A DNA stretch of 64,000 nt, taken from the NCBI RefSeq assembly GCF_016903815.1, contig NZ_CP069973.1; one strand, given 5' to 3'. The notes under the pieces were generated by a model. The model was not told the origin of the DNA. It did no database searches and was given only the letters and a program-made list of their open reading frames with translations. Below are positions 36,688 through 46,023 of the stretch, piece by piece; the stretch's first letter is position 1; each line of letters starts with the position of its first letter. The stretch comes from Escherichia coli (GTDB lineage: Bacteria > Pseudomonadota > Gammaproteobacteria > Enterobacterales > Enterobacteriaceae). The position numbers and the translations under genes are program-made.

Positions 36688-37542
36688 ATGGCAAAAAAAG
36701 TCTCAAAATTCTTTCGCATCGGCGTCGAGGGTGACACCTGCGACGGCCGCATTATCAGCGGCAACGATATTCAGGAAATGGCCGAATCGTTTGACCCTCG
36801 CGTCTACGGTTGCCGCATTAACCTTGAGCATATTCGCGGTCTCTTTCCTGATGGCGACTTCAAACGCTTAGGCGATGTGGTTGAACTGAAAGCTGAAATA
36901 ATTGACGACGATTCTGCGCTTAACGGCAAATGGGCGTTGTTCGCCAGAATCACCCCAACCGACGACCTGATTGCGATGAATAAAAAATTGCAGAAGGTCT
37001 ACACCTCAATGGAAATTCAGCCGAATTTTGCCAATACCGGCAAATGCTACCTCGTCGGCCTTGCTGTCACCGATGACCCGGCGAGCCTCGGCACTGAATA
37101 CCTCGAATTCTGCCGCAACGCGAAGCACAACCCTCTGCAGCGCTTTAAGGCCAACCCTGAAAACGTCTTTTCCGCTGCCACGCTGGCCGAACTGGAATTT
37201 GAAGACGTTCCCGATACGGTGCTAAACAGCCTGGCAGATAAGGTGAAAGCCATTTTCAGCCGTAAGCAGGTCAGCGACGATGCGCGCCTGAATGATGTGC
37301 ATGAAGCGGTGACCACCGTCAGCGAGCATGTGCAGACCAACCTCACTGCGCAGGATAAGCGTCTTTCCGCTATGGAAGCCGCGCTTACCACCTTTAAACA
37401 GGAACTGACCGGCAAGATTGAAGAAACCAGCCAGGCATTTTCCGCCCTGAAAGCCACCCTCGACAAAACCGAAAGTTTCAGCCAGCCGCGACGCACGAAA
37501 GCCAGCGGCGGTGGTGGCGATGAGCTGCTGACCGACTGCTGA
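36688..37542 (+). CDS. capsid scaffolding protein (P2 gpO-like)
   Basis: 284-aa product, position and size. Confidence 0.85.
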   Translation: MAKKVSKFFRIGVEGDTCDGRIISGNDIQEMAESFDPRVYGCRINLEHIRGLFPDGDFKRLGDVVELKAEIIDDDSALNGKWALFARITPTDDLIAMNKKLQKVYTSMEIQPNFANTGKCYLVGLAVTDDPASLGTEYLEFCRNAKHNPLQRFKANPENVFSAATLAELEFEDVPDTVLNSLADKVKAIFSRKQVSDDARLNDVHEAVTTVSEHVQTNLTAQDKRLSAMEAALTTFKQELTGKIEETSQAFSALKATLDKTESFSQPRRTKASGGGGDELLTDC

Positions 37543-37618
37543 TAAACCGCAGACCAGAAACCGGGCGGTAACTCCGCCCGATGCAGTGACTAACCGATAA
37601 ATTCAAACAGGAAATACT

Positions 37619-38686
37619 ATGCGCCCGGAAACCCGTTTTAAGTTCAATGCCTATCTGACCCGCGTCGCTGAGCTGAACGGCATCAGCACTGATGACGTCA
37701 GTAAAAAATTCACCGTCGAGCCGTCCGTCACGCAAACGCTGATGAACAAAGTGCAGGAGTCATCCGCGTTTCTGCAGACGATTAACATTCTGCCGGTCGC
37801 AGAAATGAAGGGTGAGAAAATCGGCGTCGGTGTGACCGGTACTATCGCCAGCACGACCGACACCTCGGGCGATGATGAGCGTAAGACCGCAGACTTCACC
37901 GCGCTTGAGTCCAACAAGTACGAGTGCGACCAGATTAACTTTGACTTCCATCTGAAATATAAAACCCTCGACCTGTGGGCGCGTTTTCAGGACTTTCAGC
38001 GCCGCATCCGTGACGCCATTGTTAAGCGTCAGGCGCTCGATTTCATCATGGCCGGTTTTAACGGTACCACCCGCGCCGCCACCTCTGACCGCACCAAAAA
38101 TCCGATGCTGCAGGATGTAGCCATCGGCTGGCTGCAGAAATACCGCAACGAAGCCCCGACGCGTGTGATGAGCAATATCACCGATGCTGACGGTAAGGTC
38201 GTTTCGGCAGTGATTCGCGTCGGTAAAAACGGCGACTATGAGAACCTCGACGCGCTGGTGATGGATGCTACCAACAACCTGATTGACGAGGTTTATCAGG
38301 ATGACCCGAAACTCGTTGCCATCGTTGGCCGTAAGCTGCTGGCCGACAAATATTTCCCACTGGTGAACAAGCCGCAAGAAAACAGCGAAGCGCTCGCGGC
38401 AGATATCATCATCAGCCAGAAGCGAATCGGCAACCTGCCTGCTGTGCGTGTGCCGTACTTCCCGGCGAATGCCGTGTTAGTGACAACGCTGGAAAACCTC
38501 TCTATCTATTTCATGGATGAGAGCCACCGCCGCAGCATTGATGAAAACCCGAAAAAAGACCGCGTGGAAAACTACGAGTCAATGAATATCGACTATGTGG
38601 TCGAGGCGTATGCCGCCGGGTGTCTGCTGGAAAACATCACCCTGGGCGATTTCACCGCACCTGCAGCACCGGAAAGCGGAGAGTAA
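37619..38686 (+). CDS. major capsid protein (P2 gpN-like)
   Basis: 355-aa product, position and size. Confidence 0.9.
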   Translation: MRPETRFKFNAYLTRVAELNGISTDDVSKKFTVEPSVTQTLMNKVQESSAFLQTINILPVAEMKGEKIGVGVTGTIASTTDTSGDDERKTADFTALESNKYECDQINFDFHLKYKTLDLWARFQDFQRRIRDAIVKRQALDFIMAGFNGTTRAATSDRTKNPMLQDVAIGWLQKYRNEAPTRVMSNITDADGKVVSAVIRVGKNGDYENLDALVMDATNNLIDEVYQDDPKLVAIVGRKLLADKYFPLVNKPQENSEALAADIIISQKRIGNLPAVRVPYFPANAVLVTTLENLSIYFMDESHRRSIDENPKKDRVENYESMNIDYVVEAYAAGCLLENITLGDFTAPAAPESGE

Positions 38687-38690
38687 GCCC

Positions 38691-39440
38691 ATGACGAGCC
38701 CCGCACAGCGTCACATGATGCGGGTCTCGGCCTCTCAAGCCGCGCAGCGGGAACAAGCCCCGCTGCGCCATGCAACCGCCTACGAGCAGATGCTGGTAAA
38801 GCTGGCCGATGACCGCCGCACGTTGAAAACCATCCGTTCAAACGAACTGAAAGCCGCGAAAAAGCGTGAGCTGCTGCCGTTCTATGCGCCGTGGGTCGCC
38901 GGTGTGCTGGCTGATGGCCGTGGTGCGCAGGATGACATTCTGATGACAGTCATGCTGTGGCGTCTCGATGCCGGTGATATCGCTGGCGCGCTGGAAATTG
39001 CGCCATACGCGCTGAAGCACGGCCTCACCTCTGACTATCGCCGCACGCCACCTTACATGCTGGTTGAGGAGGTGGCGATTGCCGCGCTGCGCCTGCGCGA
39101 TGCCGGTGAGCCTGTCGACCTCGCATTACTGCTGACCACCCTTAGCCTGACCGACGGCGCTGACGTTCCCGATATGGTGCGCGCTCGACTGCATAAGGTG
39201 ACCGGTCTAACCCTGCGCGATGCCGGTCAGAGCGCCGAAGCACTGGCACAGTTTCAGCGCGCGATGCAGCTCGACCGCAATGCCGGTGTGCGCAAAGAGA
39301 TTGAGCGACTGGAGCGGGCATTGAAGCCTAAGCCCGATGCCGCGCCCCGTAAAACGACTAAACCGCGCACGCGCAAACCTGCCACCAAACCGGCGGCAAA
39401 GCGCGGGCGTCCACCAAAGGCGGTAAAAACCGCCGGTTAA
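38691..39440 (+). CDS. terminase small/endonuclease subunit (P2 gpM-like)
   Basis: Start chosen at MTSPAQRHMM after N stop; track ORF extended upstream in overlap with N. Confidence 0.8.
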   Translation: MTSPAQRHMMRVSASQAAQREQAPLRHATAYEQMLVKLADDRRTLKTIRSNELKAAKKRELLPFYAPWVAGVLADGRGAQDDILMTVMLWRLDAGDIAGALEIAPYALKHGLTSDYRRTPPYMLVEEVAIAALRLRDAGEPVDLALLLTTLSLTDGADVPDMVRARLHKVTGLTLRDAGQSAEALAQFQRAMQLDRNAGVRKEIERLERALKPKPDAAPRKTTKPRTRKPATKPAAKRGRPPKAVKTAG

Positions 39441-39533
39441 CTGAACGCTCCCCGAGCCGGGCGGCACGCCGGTCAAAGCGGGTTTTGACCCTGACGGCGA
39501 CCGGCGTCCACCGCCCAACCTAATGAGGTTGTC

Positions 39534-40043
39534 ATGACGACAGTAATACTGAATCAGCCCGACGAACCGCAGGACGTACCGGGCGTGGTGATTCCCGCAC
39601 CGGAGACGGGCGACGCAGTGATTAAAAACACGTTCTTTTTCCCTGATGTGGATCCGAAGCGGGTGCGCGAGCTGATGCGCCTTGAGCAGACGGTTTCCGA
39701 TGCGCGCCTGCGCAACGCCATCAAGACCGGCATGGCGGAAACCAATGCGGAGCTTTACGACTACCGGCTGCGCCAGATTGCCGCAGGGTTTAAGACACTG
39801 GCCGACGTGCCTGACGCCGAGGAAATCGACGGCGAGAATGTGCGCGTTTTCCACTACCTCAGCGCCGTGACGGCGATGGCGACCGCCACCCTGTATGAGC
39901 GTTATCGCGGGGTTGAGGCCACCGGCAAGGGTGACAAAAAAGCCGACAGCGTCGAAACCACCATTGATGACCTGTGGCGGGATATGCGCTGGTCGGTCTC
40001 GCGCCTGCAGGATAAGCCGCGCTGTATCGTGGGTCAGCTCTGA
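39534..40043 (+). CDS. head completion/stabilization protein (P2 gpL-like)
   Basis: 169-aa product, position and size. Confidence 0.8.
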   Translation: MTTVILNQPDEPQDVPGVVIPAPETGDAVIKNTFFFPDVDPKRVRELMRLEQTVSDARLRNAIKTGMAETNAELYDYRLRQIAAGFKTLADVPDAEEIDGENVRVFHYLSAVTAMATATLYERYRGVEATGKGDKKADSVETTIDDLWRDMRWSVSRLQDKPRCIVGQL

Positions 40044-40246
40044 TGAAAGTCTACGCGATGCAGGGCGACACCATCGACGCGCTTTGCGCCCGGTATTACG
40101 GGCGCACTGAGGGCGTGGTCGAGGCGGTGCTGCAGGCTAATCCCGGTCTGTCTGAGCTGGGCGTCATTCTGCCGCATGGCACGGCAATTGACCTGCCCGA
40201 CGTGGCATCGTCACCCGTAACAGAAACTATCAACCTTTGGGAGTAA
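40043..40246 (+). CDS. tail protein X (P2 gpX-like)
   Basis: 67-aa ORF, start overlaps L stop. Confidence 0.7.
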   Translation: MKVYAMQGDTIDALCARYYGRTEGVVEAVLQANPGLSELGVILPHGTAIDLPDVASSPVTETINLWE

Positions 40247-40249
40247 ACC

Positions 40250-40546
40250 ATGACAGAAGGGGAAAAAGGCGTCCTGTCACTGTTTGTGATTGGCGTGATG
40301 ATTGTTGTCGGAAAAGTGCTGGCGGGTGGTGAGCCCATTACCCCGCGCCTGTTTATCGGCCGCATGCTGCTCGGCGGTTTTGTTTCAATGGTCGCCGGTG
40401 TTGTTCTGGTGCAGTTTCCAGATATGTCACTGCCTGCCGTTTGTGGGATTGGATCCATGCTCGGCATTGCAGGTTATCAGGTGGTGGAAATCGCCATTCA
40501 GCGCCGCTTTAAGTCACAAAAGGGGGATAGCGATGCCGGTCATTAA
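40250..40546 (+). CDS. holin (P2 gpY-like)
   Basis: 98-aa product with hydrophobic TM segments and charged C-terminus. Confidence 0.75.
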   Translation: MTEGEKGVLSLFVIGVMIVVGKVLAGGEPITPRLFIGRMLLGGFVSMVAGVVLVQFPDMSLPAVCGIGSMLGIAGYQVVEIAIQRRFKSQKGDSDAGH

Positions 40547-41030
40547 TACTCACCAGAATATCGCCGCGTTTCTGGACATGCTGGCCTATTCCGAAGGGAC
40601 GGCGACGCATCCGCTGACGAAAAATCGTGGTTACGACGTCATTGTCACTGGCATTGATGGCAAGCCGGAAATTTTCACCGACTACACCGATCACCCTTTC
40701 GCACATGGCAGACCAGCGAAAGTGTTTAATCGACGCGGCGAAAAATCCACGGCATCAGGGCGTTACCAGCAGCTTTATCTCTACTGGCCGCACTATCAGA
40801 AACAGCTCGCATTGCCTGATTTCAGCCCGTTGTCGCAGGACAAACTTGCGATTCAGTTAATCCGGGAGCGCGGTGCCATTGAGGATATTAAAGCGGGGCG
40901 TATTGAGCGAGCAATTTCACGTTGCCGCAATATATGGGCGTCGCTGCCGGGTGCAGGTTACGGCCAGCGTGAGCACAGCCTCGACAAACTGGTCACTGTG
41001 TGGCGCACGGCTGGCGGGGTGATGGCATGA
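40533..41030 (+). CDS. endolysin (P2 gpK-like lysozyme)
   Basis: Start at MPVINTHQNIAAFLDMLAYSEGT; the track ORF 40302..41030 has a spurious N-terminal extension overlapping the holin. Confidence 0.85.
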   Translation: MPVINTHQNIAAFLDMLAYSEGTATHPLTKNRGYDVIVTGIDGKPEIFTDYTDHPFAHGRPAKVFNRRGEKSTASGRYQQLYLYWPHYQKQLALPDFSPLSQDKLAIQLIRERGAIEDIKAGRIERAISRCRNIWASLPGAGYGQREHSLDKLVTVWRTAGGVMA

Positions 41031-41440
41031 AAATCCTGATAACGCTGCTGGTGCTGGCCGTGCTCGGGCTGCTGTGGTTGCGCCATGAGAACGGCAATTT
41101 ATCCCGCTCCTTTGAGACGGCAAACCGCGTCGCAAGCGAACAAAAGACGACGATTGGAATGCTGAAAAATCAGCTCAGTGTTGCCGGTCAGCTTGCCCGA
41201 CGTAATGAATCCGCGCAGGTGGAACTGCGCGAGCAGCTCGCAAAGGCCAGCGCAGAGGCCAGCCGCCGTGAGCAGACGATAACGAGGTTACTTAATGAAA
41301 ATGAAGCCTTTCGCCGCTGGTATAACGCTGCTTTGCCTGATGTTGTGCGTCGGCTGCACACCCGCACCGCCTGTGCCAGTGCCGGTGATTGTGGTCAGCG
41401 GATGCCCGAGGGTGAGCCTTTGTCCGATGCCGGGAAGTGA
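41027..41440 (+). CDS. LysB-like spanin (Rz-type, inner-membrane component)
   Basis: Start at MKILITLLVLAVLGLLWL (N-terminal TM helix), coiled-coil-like remainder. Confidence 0.7.
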   Translation: MKILITLLVLAVLGLLWLRHENGNLSRSFETANRVASEQKTTIGMLKNQLSVAGQLARRNESAQVELREQLAKASAEASRREQTITRLLNENEAFRRWYNAALPDVVRRLHTRTACASAGDCGQRMPEGEPLSDAGK

Positions 41441-41585
41441 CCCGAAAACCAATGGTGACCTGAGCGCAGATATCCGCCGTCTTGAGGGCGCGCTGACCGC
41501 CTGCGCGCTGCAGGTTAAAACCGTCAAACACTGTCAGGATGAACTCGATGCAGAAGCACAAAAGCCTGCGCAAAGCGCTGATTAA
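41295..41585 (+). CDS. LysC-like spanin (Rz1-type lipoprotein), out of frame within and beyond lysB
   Basis: Signal peptide with lipobox LCVGC, Pro-rich; overlaps lysB in another frame. Confidence 0.6.
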   Translation: MKMKPFAAGITLLCLMLCVGCTPAPPVPVPVIVVSGCPRVSLCPMPGSDPKTNGDLSADIRRLEGALTACALQVKTVKHCQDELDAEAQKPAQSAD

Positions 41586-42015
41586 CGCCGTGCCGCAGCT
41601 CCGAAATAATCCCGATATGCTGCGCCTTTTTGCCGACAACGGCCATACCGATTCCCGACTGGCGAGCTCGCTGTCGTTTGAAAAGGTGTACGTGCTTAAC
41701 GTGGTGGTGACCGACTTCACCGGTGACCTTGATTTGATATTCGTGCCGGTGCAGGCGTGGCTGCGTGAACATCAGCCGGACATTATGACCACCGACGACG
41801 GGCGGGAAAAAGGATTCACCTGGATTATTGATATCAATAACGACGATTCGCTCGATATCAGTATCAGCCTGAGGCTCACCGAGCGCACGCTCGTCAAAGA
41901 GGTCGACGGCGCGCTGCACGTCAGCTATGCCCCTGAGCAGCCACTGCCTGAGCCGGTGACGCGCCCGGTCGAGCTGTACGTTAACGGCGAACTGGTGAGT
42001 AAGTGGGATGAGTGA
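41539..42015 (+). CDS. tail completion protein R
   Basis: 158-aa product, recognised P2 R-like sequence. Confidence 0.85.
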   Translation: MNSMQKHKSLRKALINAVPQLRNNPDMLRLFADNGHTDSRLASSLSFEKVYVLNVVVTDFTGDLDLIFVPVQAWLREHQPDIMTTDDGREKGFTWIIDINNDDSLDISISLRLTERTLVKEVDGALHVSYAPEQPLPEPVTRPVELYVNGELVSKWDE

Positions 42016-42463
42016 ATTAACCGCGCTGCAGGAACGCCTTGCCGGTCTGATTGCCAGCCTGTCACCGGCGGCACGTCGGCAAATGGCGGTTGAGGTTGCG
42101 AAAAAGCTGCGTACCAGTCAGCAACAGCGTATCAAGCGCCAGCAGGCACCCGACGGCACCCCGTATGCGGCACGAAAGCGCCAGCCGGTGCGGAGCAAGA
42201 AAGGTCGGATTAAACGTGAAATGTTCGCCAAACTGCGCACCAGTCGCTTTATGAAAGCCAAAGGCAGCGACAGTGCGGCGGTGGTGGAGTTTACCGGCAA
42301 GGTGCAGCGCATGGCGCGGGTGCATCAGTACGGCCTAAAAGACCGGCCAAACCGCAACAGCCGGGATGTGCAGTACGAGGCGCGACCGTTGCTCGGATAC
42401 TCTTCATCAGACTTACAAAAAGTTGAGAGTTTAATTATGGATGCTTTATGTCAACGCCATTGA
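42008..42463 (+). CDS. tail completion protein S
   Basis: 151-aa product, position and size. Confidence 0.85.
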   Translation: MSELTALQERLAGLIASLSPAARRQMAVEVAKKLRTSQQQRIKRQQAPDGTPYAARKRQPVRSKKGRIKREMFAKLRTSRFMKAKGSDSAAVVEFTGKVQRMARVHQYGLKDRPNRNSRDVQYEARPLLGYSSSDLQKVESLIMDALCQRH

Positions 42464-42519
42464 CTTTGGATTCGCTGAGAATTATTATATAACTCAGCGA
42501 TAGAGGTGGACTGGTGTCT

Positions 42520-42563
42520 AGGTGGGCGTGCCCACTGAGTTGGGTTCGATTCCCTAACCTCGT
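42520..42563 (+). other. tRNA 3'-end-like fragment (T-arm-like GGGTTCGATTCCC), not a complete tRNA
   Basis: T-loop consensus TTCGATT with flanking G/C stem; upstream part cannot be folded into a cloverleaf. Confidence 0.3.
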
Positions 42564-43390
42564 ATTATTCCTCTCGATATTTTTATTGCTGGGTTTTCCT
42601 TTCTTATTTCATTTTTAATTTGCTCATCACAAATTAAATAATCTATGTTTTTTGCTTTAACAAGTTCTTTAACGCTAATGTTAATTGAATTTAATAGATT
42701 TGCATTCCGCATGTTAGCCCCTTCATAAGTAACGGATTTAAAATCACATCCTTTTAATATGCAGCTTTTCATTTCGCTATCTGTAAAATACCCCCCTTCA
42801 AAACTGCAGTTTTCGAAAGTGACATTTTGAAAACATGTATTAAATGCCTTAATATTTCTTAGCTTGCAGTTTTTGAATTTAACACTCTTAACTCTATTGC
42901 CTGTAATATTTAGAGCTTGAATTGTGCAATTATCGAAAGAACAATCTCTAATGTATGATTCGCTCATATTCAAGCCGGTTAAGTCAGCGTCTTTAAAATG
43001 TAAATATTTGATAGTGGACATTTTATCAAGTTCAATCCTTGGAACTTGAATGTTATATATTCCTTTAGCATTTAACTGACGTATGATTTTTATCTTCATA
43101 ATATTCAGTTCTGCAGAAGAATGCTTTGCCAGATTTTCAAGATCTTCAATTAGTTCGTGAATAGCATCTTTATTTTGCCTTTTATTTTCAAAATAGTAAA
43201 GAATCACACCCAAAACAAGAAAGTCTAAAATTGAAGAATTTGCATTAACAAGAAAATTCTCCATGAATTTTGAGTTGTAGTTATCATTATAAACAGACAA
43301 CCCTACTATAAGCCCGGAGTATAAAAAAAAGATACCTATAATATATTTCATATTGCTTATTGTACGCCTAAAAGATGAAGTTCTTTTCAT
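42554..43390 (-). CDS. membrane-anchored pentapeptide-repeat protein (accessory/moron)
   Basis: Very A+T-rich ORF; start chosen at MKRTSSF (AGGT 5 nt upstream); two N-terminal hydrophobic segments, then tandem 5-residue repeats (…DADLTGLNMSESYIRDCSFDNCTIQALNITGN…). Confidence 0.7.
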   Translation of the reverse strand: MKRTSSFRRTISNMKYIIGIFFLYSGLIVGLSVYNDNYNSKFMENFLVNANSSILDFLVLGVILYYFENKRQNKDAIHELIEDLENLAKHSSAELNIMKIKIIRQLNAKGIYNIQVPRIELDKMSTIKYLHFKDADLTGLNMSESYIRDCSFDNCTIQALNITGNRVKSVKFKNCKLRNIKAFNTCFQNVTFENCSFEGGYFTDSEMKSCILKGCDFKSVTYEGANMRNANLLNSINISVKELVKAKNIDYLICDEQIKNEIRKENPAIKISRGIIRG

Positions 43391-43462
43391 TACTACCTGC
43401 CATATGTTTTGTGTGATTTTCGAATGAGTCAACACTCAAATGATACATGAATGCACACCGAA

Positions 43463-43480
43463 TTGTGTAGAAGAGCATAC
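43463..43480 (+). promoter_or_regulatory. candidate Ogr-dependent late promoter element for V (TGT-N12-ACA)
   Basis: TGTGTAGAAGAGCATACA about 50 bp upstream of V start. Confidence 0.45.
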
Positions 43481-43527
43481 AGCTGAATCGTTTTGCTCTT
43501 GGCTTTAACAATCGGCATTCTTTGTTC

Positions 43528-44163
43528 ATGAACACATTAAACACCATTCAAGAGTTAGCACGTGCCATTCGCAACCTCATCCGCTCAGGCGTGGTGACTG
43601 AGGTCGATACTGTGCAGGGGCTGTGCCGCGTACAAAGCGGCGGGATCCAGACTACATGGCTGAACTGGCTGACCACCCGCGCCGGTCGTTCGCGGACGTG
43701 GTGGGCTCCCTCGGTCGGTGAGCAGGTTCTGCTGCTGGCAATCGGTGGCGAGCTTGATACCGCTTTCGTGCTGCCGGGTATTTTCTCCGACGATAACCCC
43801 GCCCCGTCTGCCTCGGCGGATGCGTGGCATGTGGCTTTCCCTGATGGTGCGGTCATTGAGTACGAGCCCGAAACCGGCGCGCTGACGGTCAGCGGCATAA
43901 AAACGGCCGACGTGACGGCATCGGAGTCCATCACCGCAACCGTACCGCTGGTACTGGTGAAAGCCTCGACCAGTATCACCCTCGACACCCCGGAGGTGAT
44001 TTGCACCAATAAGCTAACGACGGCGACGCTTGAGGTGCAGAAAGGCGGCAAGATGAGCGGCAATATCGAACATACCGGCGGGTCACTGTCGTCTAATGGC
44101 AAGGTACTCCACACCCATAAACACCCGGGCGACAGCGGCGGGCAAACGGGGGCACCGTTATGA
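43528..44163 (+). CDS. baseplate spike/assembly protein V
   Basis: 211-aa product from the ATG at MNTLNTIQELARA; recognised P2 V-like sequence. Confidence 0.85.
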   Translation: MNTLNTIQELARAIRNLIRSGVVTEVDTVQGLCRVQSGGIQTTWLNWLTTRAGRSRTWWAPSVGEQVLLLAIGGELDTAFVLPGIFSDDNPAPSASADAWHVAFPDGAVIEYEPETGALTVSGIKTADVTASESITATVPLVLVKASTSITLDTPEVICTNKLTTATLEVQKGGKMSGNIEHTGGSLSSNGKVLHTHKHPGDSGGQTGAPL

Positions 44164-44507
44164 CGGCGCGCTATCAGGGGATGAACCGAAATACCGGCCT
44201 TGGCATCAGCGATACCGAGCATATCAGCCAGAGCATGCGCGATATTCTGCTGACGCCGGTCGGCTCGCGGGTGATGCGTCGTGAATATGGCTCGCTTCTG
44301 TCGGCGCTGATTGATATGCCGCAAAACCCGGCGCTCAGGCTGCAAATTATGGTGGCTTGCTATTCGGCTATCCAGAAGTGGGAACCGCGCATCAGGCTTA
44401 CATCCATCAGCTTTGAGGCCGGCGACGCTGGCGAGATGTATGTCGATATTACCGGGATGCGTACCGATACCGGTGCGTCAGTTTCAACCACTGTTTCACT
44501 GAGTTAA
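44160..44507 (+). CDS. baseplate protein W (gp25-like)
   Basis: 115-aa product, position and size. Confidence 0.85.
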   Translation: MTARYQGMNRNTGLGISDTEHISQSMRDILLTPVGSRVMRREYGSLLSALIDMPQNPALRLQIMVACYSAIQKWEPRIRLTSISFEAGDAGEMYVDITGMRTDTGASVSTTVSLS

Positions 44508-44513
44508 ATAACT

Positions 44514-45422
44514 ATGGCAACCGTTGACCTGAGTCAGTTACCCGTTCCCGATGTGGTTGAGGAACTGGACTATGAAACCATCCTTGCGGAACGCAAAGCG
44601 ACGCTGATATCGCTCTATCCAGAAGACCAGCAGGAGGCCATTGCCCGGACGCTCACACTTGAGTCAGAGCCGGTTGTTAAGCTGCTGCAGGAAAACGCCT
44701 ACCGTGAAGTTATCTGGCGTCAGCGGGTGAACGAAGCCGCACAGGCGGTGACGCTGGCCTACTCCGCCGGTAACGACCTCGACGTCGTAGCCGGGAACAA
44801 TAATACCGAACGCCTGACCATCACCCCGGCGGATGATACCACCATCCCGCCGACACCTGCCGTTATGGAATCTGATACCGACCTGCGACTGCGCACGCAA
44901 CAGGCGTTTGAGGGATTGAGCGTGGCGGGTCCGGTCGGTGCATATGAGTATCACGGCCGCAGCGCCGACGGGCGGGTCGCTGACGTTTCGGTCGCCAGCC
45001 CGTCGCCAGCCTGCGTGACGATTACCGTGCTATCGCGTGAGGGGGACGGCACTGCCAGCCCTGAGCTACTGGCGATTGTTGATAAAGCGCTGAACGCCGA
45101 AGATGTGCGCCCGGTAGCTGACCGGGTGACCGTCCAGTCAGCCGAGATTGTGCCGTACCAGATTGACGCGACGATCTATGTTTACCCCGGCCCCGAATCT
45201 GAACCCATCAGGCAGGCGTCAGAGCAGAAGCTGCAGAGCTACATCAGCGCGCAGCACCGCCTCGGGCGTGATATCCGTCTGTCAGCCATTTATGCGGCGC
45301 TGCATGTTGAGGGGGTGCAGCGTGTCGAGCTGACATCACCGCAGGCCGACATAGTGCTGAGTAAGTCGCAGGCGTCGAACTGTACCGAGTACCAGATAAC
45401 TATCGGGGGCTCAGATGAATGA
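44514..45422 (+). CDS. baseplate protein J
   Basis: 302-aa product, position and size. Confidence 0.85.
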   Translation: MATVDLSQLPVPDVVEELDYETILAERKATLISLYPEDQQEAIARTLTLESEPVVKLLQENAYREVIWRQRVNEAAQAVTLAYSAGNDLDVVAGNNNTERLTITPADDTTIPPTPAVMESDTDLRLRTQQAFEGLSVAGPVGAYEYHGRSADGRVADVSVASPSPACVTITVLSREGDGTASPELLAIVDKALNAEDVRPVADRVTVQSAEIVPYQIDATIYVYPGPESEPIRQASEQKLQSYISAQHRLGRDIRLSAIYAALHVEGVQRVELTSPQADIVLSKSQASNCTEYQITIGGSDE

Positions 45423-46023
45423 CCGGCTATTACCCGTTGGCTCGTCGCCGCTGGAGGTCGCCGCCGCCGCTGCGTTCTCTGAGATTCAGCGCGTGCCGGT
45501 ACCGCTGCGCACCCTGTGGAACTGGCGCACCTGCCCGGTAAAGCTGCTGCCGTATCTGGCGTGGGCGCTGTCGGTCGACAGGTGGGATGAGAAATGGCCG
45601 GAGGCGACAAAGCGCAGCGTCTGCGCGTCCTCGTTTTTCGTCCATCAGCACAAAGGCACCATCAGCGCATTGCGTCGGGTCGTCGAGCCGCTCGGCTTTC
45701 TGATTGAGGTGCGCGAGTGGTGGCAACTCGACGAGGAGCCAGGCACATTCCGCCTCGTTGTTGGCGTCCTCGACAGCGGCATCACTGACGAAATGTATCA
45801 GGAGCTTGAGCGCCTGATTGAAGACGCCAAACCGGCAAGTCGCCACCTGACCGGGCTGGCTATCAGTCTGAGCTCGACCGGCGAACTGTATGTCGGCGCG
45901 GGATGCTATCACGGCGACGCGCTGACTGTTTACCCCTACACCCCCGAGGAGATTGTCGTCGGCGGTGAATATTACCCGGCCTCGGCCATCCATTTGATTG
46001 ATAATCTGAGAGTGAACGCATGA
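45415..46023 (+). CDS. baseplate/tail protein I
   Basis: 202-aa product, position. Confidence 0.8.
   Translation: MNDRLLPVGSSPLEVAAAAAFSEIQRVPVPLRTLWNWRTCPVKLLPYLAWALSVDRWDEKWPEATKRSVCASSFFVHQHKGTISALRRVVEPLGFLIEVREWWQLDEEPGTFRLVVGVLDSGITDEMYQELERLIEDAKPASRHLTGLAISLSSTGELYVGAGCYHGDALTVYPYTPEEIVVGGEYYPASAIHLIDNLRVNA

Noticed and set aside
40302-41030. 242-aa version of the endolysin ORF with a Cys-rich N-terminal extension
   Set aside because: The extension overlaps the holin gene in another frame and has no lysozyme similarity; the recognisable endolysin begins at the internal ATG at 40533, right at the holin 3' end.
42520-42563. Possible phage-encoded tRNA gene
   Set aside because: Only a T-arm-like motif is present; no acceptable D-arm, anticodon arm or acceptor pairing could be built, so it is reported only as a tRNA-like fragment.
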